Of a stretch of 33,587 nt of DNA, positions 27,298 to 33,587 are shown piece by piece. The DNA is taken from NCBI GenBank assembly GCA_046758705.1, contig JBHIAT010000019.1, forward strand, positions 1-33,587, in the 5' to 3' direction. The translations under genes and the position numbers were made by a program. Position 1 is the stretch's first letter. Each line of letters starts with the position of its first letter. The notes below the pieces were generated by a model, which was given only the letters and a program-made list of their open reading frames with translations, made no database searches and was not told where the DNA came from. The stretch is from Candidatus Bipolaricaulia bacterium. GTDB lineage: Bacteria; Bipolaricaulota; Bipolaricaulia; JBHIAT01.

Positions 27298-28154
27298 TCC
27301 GTTTGGGGATGCTCTTTTCCCGGATCCGATTGGAGGAAAAGCTCGTGCTGCGGGAGGCGGCGCGTTGCCCCGACGTCGAGTTGGTACCGATCGACGGCCG
27401 CAAGCTGACCTTCGATCTCGGGCTCGGGATGCACCCCGGGATCGATATCTTGCTCGATCGGGAGATCTCTCAGTCACGGGCCCTTTACACCCTCAAGCTG
27501 CTTCACAACACCGGTGTTAGAACCATCAACAAGCTGAAAACCGTCCGAATCTGCGGAGACAAGGTGTTCACCTCTAAGACCCTCCACAACGCCGGGGTGC
27601 CGACCCCTCAAGTGAAGGTGGCGTTCTCACCAGAGAGTGCGCTGGAGGCGATCGAGCAGATGGGCTATCCGGTGGTGCTGAAACCGGTGGACGGTTCCTG
27701 GGGTCGGTTCCTGGCCAAGATCGAGACCCGAACGGCTGCCGAGGCCATTCTGGAACACAAAGCGAATCTCGGTTCCTATTACCACTCTATCTTCTACATC
27801 CAGGAGTACATCGACAAACCGGACCGGGACATCCGCGCGTTCGTGATCGGTGATGAGGTCGTCGGAGCCGTGTACCGGAAGTCGGATCACTGGATCACCA
27901 ACGCGGCCCGGGGGGGAGCCGCCGCCCGATACCGGATGACCGATGATCTGTACCGACTCTGCTTGAAGGCGGCTGTCGCAGTCGGCGGGGAAGCGCTGGC
28001 GATCGACCTGATGGAGACCCAAGATGGCCTCACCGTCCACGAGATCAACTGTGCGATGGAGTTCAAAGAGAGCCTCAAAGCGCTCGACGTGAATCTTCCC
28101 GCGTGCCTGATCGATTATGTGGTCCGGTCGGCCCGAGCCGAAGCTAAAGTGTGA
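27294..28154 (+). CDS. LysX/ArgX-family ATP-grasp ligase, divergent paralogue
   Basis: [43 protein letters not shown]; coupled to lysW. Confidence 0.9.
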   Translation: MIRLGMLFSRIRLEEKLVLREAARCPDVELVPIDGRKLTFDLGLGMHPGIDILLDREISQSRALYTLKLLHNTGVRTINKLKTVRICGDKVFTSKTLHNAGVPTPQVKVAFSPESALEAIEQMGYPVVLKPVDGSWGRFLAKIETRTAAEAILEHKANLGSYYHSIFYIQEYIDKPDRDIRAFVIGDEVVGAVYRKSDHWITNAARGGAAARYRMTDDLYRLCLKAAVAVGGEALAIDLMETQDGLTVHEINCAMEFKESLKALDVNLPACLIDYVVRSARAEAKV

Positions 28155-28350
28155 GTGAGGTGAGCAACCGGTCATGAACCCCATGAATCAATTCAGGGGC
28201 TTGCGACTGCACTCGGCCGCAGTTGCTCCAAAGAACATGAGCCTTTGGCGTCATCATGCGTCGCTTCAGGGCACCATGACGTGTGCCCAGCCTCACGCCC
28301 ATGCCAGCGCAAGGCAATGTTGTACGAACCGTTATAGTCGGCGTGGTTGC
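28151..28350 (-). ncRNA. Predicted TnpB omegaRNA (reRNA): scaffold over the tnpB 3' end and right end, guide from the flank
   Basis: Inferred from known TnpB biology. The scaffold 3' boundary at 28171 comes from the end analysis; the 5' boundary is a guess. Confidence 0.45.
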
Positions 28351-29374
28351 GATAGCCACACGCACAGGAGAAGGTGAGACCTTGACGCACACCGATAGCA
28401 CCGCAACGAGAACAGGACTTGGACGTGTTGTGCGGGTCAACGTAGACGACCCCAATGCCACGCTCCAACGCCTTGTACTCGATGAAACGTTGCAGTTGGC
28501 GGAACGGCCACGATTCGTGGAGGTAGCGTTGCTCCTTGCGGACTTGGGTCCGCCTGCGGATGTGGGTCAGGTCTTCCAGCACGATGGTGTCCCCAGGCTG
28601 CAAGCTGTCCACAATGCGACGACTGATGCGATGATTCTCGGCTTTCATCCAGCGATGTTCTTTGCCCGACAAGCGTCTCGCGGTGCGCTTGGCTCCCCGA
28701 GTGCCTTGCGTAGCCAGAGACTGGCGAAGACGAGAGTACCTGCGCCGCACGTTTATTGCTTGACCTCCTGGGAATCGCAGACCGTTAGAACAGGTGGCCA
28801 GATTCTTGAGACCCAGATCGACGCCGATGACGTTGCCACCGCCCCTTGGTTCAGCCACGTTCCACTCCAAGACGATGTTCAGAAAGAACCGCTTATGTTT
28901 GCGGTCATAGATCAGTGTAGCCGCCTTGGGATCGGAGCCGGTCAGCAAGGAGCGCTGATAGCTGCCGATAGCGAGTGGAATTCCTTTAACACGCTCACGA
29001 ATGGTCGACAAGCTGGCTTCGAACTCTGGCACAGTCCTGCGCTGGAACTCCTTAAGCGAAAAGATACGTTGATCATAGTTGACCGACGTTGGCTTAAACT
29101 TTCTAGGCTTACGGTTCTGTGCACGGGCGGCTTTGTAAGCAGCGGCGACACGACGAATCGCCTGGATTGTCAGGTTAGCACTCAAGCCAAATTCAGAACG
29201 GATATAGTAATAACACAGCTTTTGCAGGCGAATCTTGTTAGCAGTGTTGTGTTCAATGGCTATGGACAACGCATAGTCGCAAGCGTTGGCAAATACTTGA
29301 AGCGTGTCAAGCAATGCTTCACGTTGTACAGAAGTAGGTTCAAGTTTGCAACGTACGGATTTAACGTGTTTCAC
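28193..29374 (-). CDS. tnpB: RNA-guided endonuclease TnpB
   Basis: RuvC-I GVDLG, RuvC-II VLEDL, Zn ribbon CSRC..CAC, RuvC-III HADYNGSYNI. The track start (29458) lies inside the left-end structure; GTG 29374 sits 7 nt after a -10 box. Confidence 0.93.
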   Translation of the reverse strand: MKHVKSVRCKLEPTSVQREALLDTLQVFANACDYALSIAIEHNTANKIRLQKLCYYYIRSEFGLSANLTIQAIRRVAAAYKAARAQNRKPRKFKPTSVNYDQRIFSLKEFQRRTVPEFEASLSTIRERVKGIPLAIGSYQRSLLTGSDPKAATLIYDRKHKRFFLNIVLEWNVAEPRGGGNVIGVDLGLKNLATCSNGLRFPGGQAINVRRRYSRLRQSLATQGTRGAKRTARRLSGKEHRWMKAENHRISRRIVDSLQPGDTIVLEDLTHIRRRTQVRKEQRYLHESWPFRQLQRFIEYKALERGIGVVYVDPHNTSKSCSRCGAIGVRQGLTFSCACGYRNHADYNGSYNIALRWHGREAGHTSWCPEATHDDAKGSCSLEQLRPSAVASP

Positions 29375-29381
29375 AGTTTCA

Positions 29382-29410
29382 ATGATATCAATGAAGTGTG
29401 GAGGTGTCAA
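29382..29410 (-). promoter_or_regulatory. tnpB promoter (probably leaderless transcript)
   Basis: Minus strand TTGACA (29410-29405), 17-bp spacer, TATCAT (29387-29382), extended TG; no RBS before GTG 29374. Confidence 0.7.
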
Positions 29411-29460
29411 GGCCGATCCCTCCCCATGGATGAATCGAGGGGACTCCTCGGCCTTCAACC

Positions 29461-30321
29461 ATGTTGAACTTTAAGATGGGGATGCTCTTCTCCCGGATCC
29501 GGGTAGAAGAGAAGTTGCTGCTGAAGGAGGCGGAGCGACGCGGGATCGAGGTGGAATTGGTCGACGGACGCAAGGTCATCTTCGATCTCGACAATCGATT
29601 CGATTTCGACCTGCTGCTCGAGCGTGACATCTCCCATTCCCGGGCACTCTACGCCTTGAACCTGTTCCAAAACTCCGGAGTCATTACTATTAACAGCTAC
29701 GAAGTCGCCCGGGTCTGCGGAGACAAGGTGACCACCTCCAAGGCGTTGCGAGACGCTGGGGTGCCGACACCCCACGTGAAGGTGGCGTTCACGCCGGAGA
29801 GTGCCCTGAAGGCAATCGAGCAGATGGGCTATCCGGTGGTGCTAAAACCGGTGACCGGCTCCTGGGGACGACTGTTGGCCAAGATCAACGATCGGGATGC
29901 TGCCGAGGCGGTCCTGGAACACAAAGCGAACCTCGGCTCCTATTACCACTCCATCTTCTACATCCAGGAATATATCGACAAGCCGAAGCGGGACATCCGA
30001 ACGTTCGTGGTCGGTGATGAGACGATCGCTGCGATCTACCGTCGCTCAGACCACTGGATCACCAACACATCGCGTAGCGGGTCCGCCCAGAACTGTCCGG
30101 TAACTCCGGAGCTCCACGAGCTGGCGCTGGCGGCCGCTACAGCGGTCGGCGGCGGTGCCCTGGCGATCGATATCATGGAGACGGGAGACGGTTTCACCGT
30201 CCACGAGGTCAACTACACGATGGAGTTCAGGAACAGCCTGGAGCCAACCGGTGTCAATATTCCGGCGAAACTCATCGATTACGTGGAGCAACTGGCCGCC
30301 AGCGCCATCGAAGCGCGGTGA
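29461..30321 (+). CDS. lysX: LysX, [LysW]-aminoadipate ligase-type ATP-grasp enzyme
   Basis: [40 protein letters not shown], close to the Thermus LysX pattern as recalled. Confidence 0.92.
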   Translation: MLNFKMGMLFSRIRVEEKLLLKEAERRGIEVELVDGRKVIFDLDNRFDFDLLLERDISHSRALYALNLFQNSGVITINSYEVARVCGDKVTTSKALRDAGVPTPHVKVAFTPESALKAIEQMGYPVVLKPVTGSWGRLLAKINDRDAAEAVLEHKANLGSYYHSIFYIQEYIDKPKRDIRTFVVGDETIAAIYRRSDHWITNTSRSGSAQNCPVTPELHELALAAATAVGGGALAIDIMETGDGFTVHEVNYTMEFRNSLEPTGVNIPAKLIDYVEQLAASAIEAR

Positions 30322-30336
30322 GGGGAGAGGTTTCAG

Positions 30337-31134
30337 TTATAACGTAATACCCTCCGCTTTTCGAGCCATGTGACGGATCGCGTCATAGTCTCGATCCTCA
30401 ACACGGACAAATCGGTCTATCTGTCCCGCCAATAGAATGACACAGCCTTGCGGATCCCTGTGCATGTGCAGTAGTAACTCACACAGGGCGGTTCGAAGTT
30501 TCTGAGGCACACTTTTCAAAATGACCCACGGCGGAATAGGGCTGGGACCTAACGTCTCGATCACCCGAATTTGGGAGCGAATCTCTGGATAACGTCGCAA
30601 TTCTAGCTCTAAAACGGTGCTGTCAATCGCAGAAGCATCGACCTGGCGATCGAGGATCATTTGCAGCGATGTTTGATGGGCACCGGACTCAACCACTTTG
30701 CCGAAGTACCCTGACGTCTCCCCCAAGGTCGCCAAGTGATAGCGGACCAAATTATATCCCGAATGGGAACGCGGTTCGTTGTAAGCCCAAGAAGCTCCCT
30801 GCAGATCCGCAAACGTGTGAAACCGGCTATCTCGATACACGACCACGTCTGAAAAGTAAATCGGGCGATTTTGATAACGCGCGCCGCGCATCACCGGCGC
30901 AGCAAGCAGTTCGATATGGGAATCGGGCTGATCGACTTTCCACACACAGGGCAGTCCACATATCCAACCGACTTGAATTTGATCGACATCCAGAAGCCGT
31001 TCTCGTTCCTGCCAAGGGATGTCGTTAATGAACTCGGTGGGAATATGCAACCGTTCGCTAATATAGCGGGCAATCGTGTAGCAGATGAAATCCGCGTTCT
31101 CTGCCATACAGGAGGTTAATTTGAGGGACTTCAC
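30337..31134 (-). CDS. PhnD/SsuA-family substrate-binding-fold protein without signal peptide
   Basis: ICGLP, PIYFSDVVV, YNEPRSHSGY, SGAHQTS, ASAIDS, GPSPIPP; AAGGAGG RBS before GTG. Confidence 0.8.
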   Translation of the reverse strand: MKSLKLTSCMAENADFICYTIARYISERLHIPTEFINDIPWQERERLLDVDQIQVGWICGLPCVWKVDQPDSHIELLAAPVMRGARYQNRPIYFSDVVVYRDSRFHTFADLQGASWAYNEPRSHSGYNLVRYHLATLGETSGYFGKVVESGAHQTSLQMILDRQVDASAIDSTVLELELRRYPEIRSQIRVIETLGPSPIPPWVILKSVPQKLRTALCELLLHMHRDPQGCVILLAGQIDRFVRVEDRDYDAIRHMARKAEGITL

Positions 31135-31245
31135 GGGGCCTCCTTGGCTTATTCTGCCAGATTGTCCCTTGGAATTGCAACTCCCGATCGATCATACACC
31201 GAACTGCAACAGCATCCCCAACCTGTGTTCTAACCCGAGCAGAAC

Positions 31246-32871
31246 TTATCGCATCACCACGGCGTTGATTGTCTCGGTCTGCAAGTTCCCATTGCCGTCT
31301 TCCAGCTGAACCAGGATGAGGTAAACCTCGTTGGCCACCCACCGGCCACGATCATCTCGGGTGTTCCATGCGATATCAGGATCCCCGGGTGAATGGAGGC
31401 GGTTTTCTGCCAATCTTCTGACCAGATTCCCTCCCACAGAGTAGACATGGATCGTGACGTTTCCAGGTTCATCGAGATCTAAATGCACAAAGCCGCGATC
31501 CGCTGTCACCGGGTTCGGATAGAAGTAGACCTCGGCCGGTTCCGGGGCAGGTTCGGGTTCAGGCGGCGAGATCTCCTCGTCAGACAATTGGATGATGTAT
31601 GCCTCCCCTCGCCCCAGGTCATTCCCGCCGCCACAACTGTCCGTACCCATCTCCTGCCCCCAATCGGAGGCAAAGATCACGTAATGGCCGTCCCGCGAAA
31701 TGCTGGCGCGGGGTTGGACCCAGTAGCCGCATTCACTCGAACGGTGGTGGACCAACCGGAGAACCGAACCGTTTACGTACTGCAGGTACACCTCTGCATC
31801 GAACGTTCCCCCGGTGGGCGAGGAGGTCACCACGCAGACCCCAGCTGGGCCACGACACGAAATATGACTGGCATCTCCCCACAGTATGGTCCGTACCAAC
31901 TGGAGAGGGCTCACCGTGTTTGTACCCGGCAATCTATGCAGGACGATTGCCGGCAGATTATTATCTTCCGGCGACGCCAGCGCCGTCGTCATGAAGTACT
32001 CGGCCACCCCGTCAGGGAGAACCCCCAAGTCGCCGTGCTGATGTCCGTCGTATACGCGTCCGACAAAGGCGCCGGTCTGAATGTCGAAGGTTTCCAGGCC
32101 ACTACATCGAGTGGTGCCGTCGCGCTGCCATTGCACCACCAAGTACCTGCCCAGCGGCGAGACCCCCACCCAGTCAGGCTCAATCTCGCCCCACACCGGA
32201 TCGGGCTGGCAGGGACCCGCGTACAGATCCGACACGGGCAACACGGCCCCCAGGGTTTCATCGGAGATGTCCAGGGCAAAGAGGATCATTGCTCCGTCGT
32301 TGCGTTGCACAGCACCGGCCATCCAGCGTCCATCAAGTGAGATTTCGTCAAAGGACTGGTTGTTAAACACCCGCTCGTATTGAGCCGGAAATGTAAATAC
32401 CGTGGTTGTGGTCAGGGTATCCACGTCGGTGAACTGCACCCGCACGACCGTATCGTCGTTGCTATCAAAATGGATAATGGTGTGGGACCGGCCTGGGTGC
32501 CAGCGGGGGGCGTTCCACCCGGACGTATCCAGGCCCTGCACCAGACTGAGATTGCTCATGCGCCGCACGACGTAACCACTACCCTCGATGAGCAACACAT
32601 AGACATTGTCGAAAGAAAACGCCTGGAGTTGTGAATAGATGTGCGTGCCCAATCCGCCTCGATCGCTATCATCGGTCAGGTGTATCAGGGTTGTTTCAAA
32701 CACGGGATCCGTAAATGGAACACCTCGCGGTTGCAACGGAAGCGGTGCCGGTGTAAGCACCACGTCGGGATCGGTTACTCCAGCTGCAAAGACGACGGTA
32801 GAAATGACCAGTAAAGACACGCCCAGCCCAAGGCCAAGCCACACACACCCCGTGGGTTTTTTCGCTGTCAT
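31246..32871 (-). CDS. Secreted protein, probable beta-propeller plus C-terminal FlgD-Ig/T9SS-like domain
   Basis: Signal peptide (VFA|A), propeller-like repeats (SLDGRW, SPLGRY, SRDGHYVIFASDW), PEPEPAPEP linker, YPNPV...WNTRDDRGRWVANEVY tail. Confidence 0.7.
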   Translation of the reverse strand: MTAKKPTGCVWLGLGLGVSLLVISTVVFAAGVTDPDVVLTPAPLPLQPRGVPFTDPVFETTLIHLTDDSDRGGLGTHIYSQLQAFSFDNVYVLLIEGSGYVVRRMSNLSLVQGLDTSGWNAPRWHPGRSHTIIHFDSNDDTVVRVQFTDVDTLTTTTVFTFPAQYERVFNNQSFDEISLDGRWMAGAVQRNDGAMILFALDISDETLGAVLPVSDLYAGPCQPDPVWGEIEPDWVGVSPLGRYLVVQWQRDGTTRCSGLETFDIQTGAFVGRVYDGHQHGDLGVLPDGVAEYFMTTALASPEDNNLPAIVLHRLPGTNTVSPLQLVRTILWGDASHISCRGPAGVCVVTSSPTGGTFDAEVYLQYVNGSVLRLVHHRSSECGYWVQPRASISRDGHYVIFASDWGQEMGTDSCGGGNDLGRGEAYIIQLSDEEISPPEPEPAPEPAEVYFYPNPVTADRGFVHLDLDEPGNVTIHVYSVGGNLVRRLAENRLHSPGDPDIAWNTRDDRGRWVANEVYLILVQLEDGNGNLQTETINAVVMR

Positions 32872-32878
32872 CTCTCTC

Positions 32879-33448
32879 CTAGCTTTCCTGGATGTAGAAC
32901 CTCATAATCGGCCTGGTCTCTGACCGCCTCTCGCACTCGACAAAGCCCACTTGCTTGAATACAGAGGCGAGCCCTGTCCAAGCAAAGGCGGCCGGCATGC
33001 GGTCCTTCTTAGGTTCCACAGGATACCCTTCCAGAATCTGACCGCCTTGGTCCCTGGCATACTCTATAGCCGCCTTCAACAACTGAACGCTTAAACCTTT
33101 CTCCCGATGGTTCTTTTCTACAAAAAAGCAAACGATCGACCACACAGGCATCTCATCGATCCTTTTGAGGATCCGTGATCGGTCCAGCACCGGATAGCTC
33201 CCACGAGGCGCTACCGAGCACCACCCTACAGGCTGCCCCTCGGAATAGGCCAGGATTCCAGGAATCTCCCCAGAATCCACGATCGCTTTCATGGACCGCT
33301 TGTTGCCTTCACCCTTTTGAAGTTCATACTCCGAGCGTTTGAGCCTCCACCACATGCACCAACAACCGCCGCTCGCACCCCGCTCACCAAACAGTGTCTC
33401 GAAATCAGCCCACCGTTCCTTCGTCAGCGGATGAAACTCCAGCTCCAT
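32879..33448 (-). CDS. GNAT-family N-acetyltransferase
   Basis: GGCWCMWWR, PVGWCSVAPR, WSIVCFFV, HREKG, LEGYP; AAGGAG RBS favours ATG 33448. Confidence 0.88.
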   Translation of the reverse strand: MELEFHPLTKERWADFETLFGERGASGGCWCMWWRLKRSEYELQKGEGNKRSMKAIVDSGEIPGILAYSEGQPVGWCSVAPRGSYPVLDRSRILKRIDEMPVWSIVCFFVEKNHREKGLSVQLLKAAIEYARDQGGQILEGYPVEPKKDRMPAAFAWTGLASVFKQVGFVECERRSETRPIMRFYIQES

Positions 33449-33587
33449 AGTCACTCCTTACCCGAACCACCAAGCACTTGCTGCCGGCCCACTCGAATTA
33501 GATGCTCTATAGTACATAAAATCATACGCTGCTTAGGCCATATCATCCAGTTTGATATAAGTCAAGCCGCCGCAAACTACGGGGTTT

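Larger units (their letters stand above)
28171..29463 (-). mobile_element. Non-autonomous IS200/IS605-family element (tnpB only, IS1341-like)
   Basis: Contains tnpB and no tnpA. Similar subterminal hairpins CCCCATGAATCAATTCAGGGG (28179-28199) and CCCCATGGATGAATCGAGGGG (29422-29442), 17/21 identical. Removing 28171-29463 restores GAGGTGA-7nt-TTG for lysX. Confidence 0.85.

Noticed and set aside
28165-29460. CAACC on both sides of the element as a target-site duplication
   Set aside because: IS200/IS605 elements do not make duplications, and the hairpin pairing rule places the right-hand copy inside the element. It remains a weaker alternative boundary, since it would also restore an RBS-ATG.
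28283-29467. 394-aa plus-strand ORF inside the IS, considered as tnpA or cargo
   Set aside because: Antisense to tnpB, with no HUH/Y1 or serine recombinase motifs and no RBS.
1-33587. CRISPR array, tRNA or rRNA
   Set aside because: No regularly spaced repeats or cloverleaf-like sequences seen by eye; repeated sequence is explained by paralogous NRPS and lysX genes.

Overview
Bacterial genomic window with two parts. (1) 1-18117: a hybrid lipopeptide-type gene cluster. It holds a 5'-truncated terminal NRPS module (C-A-T-reductase), a broken mbtH fused out of frame to the tail of an acyl-CoA thioesterase, a small outer-membrane beta-barrel gene, and an operon FAAL-ACP-KS-AT-DH-KR-ACP > C-A-T > type II thioesterase > Sfp PPTase. 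Hand-extracted A-domain codes are DAWTTTGIGK (kynurenine-like, on the reductase-terminated module) and DIWEITADDK (diaminobutyrate-like). (2) 18114-33587: a trp operon with both TrpB types (trpB2-E-G-D-C-F-B1-A), pcm, and lysW (absent from the ORF track) with two tandem LysX-family ligases. A TnpB-only IS200/IS605 element separates the ligases, and its ends, TAM and guide can be inferred from the sequence. Three minus-strand genes follow (signal-less PhnD-like protein, secreted propeller protein with an FlgD/T9SS-like tail, GNAT). No rRNA, tRNA or CRISPR array was seen. All assignments come from motif reading and recall, not database searches.
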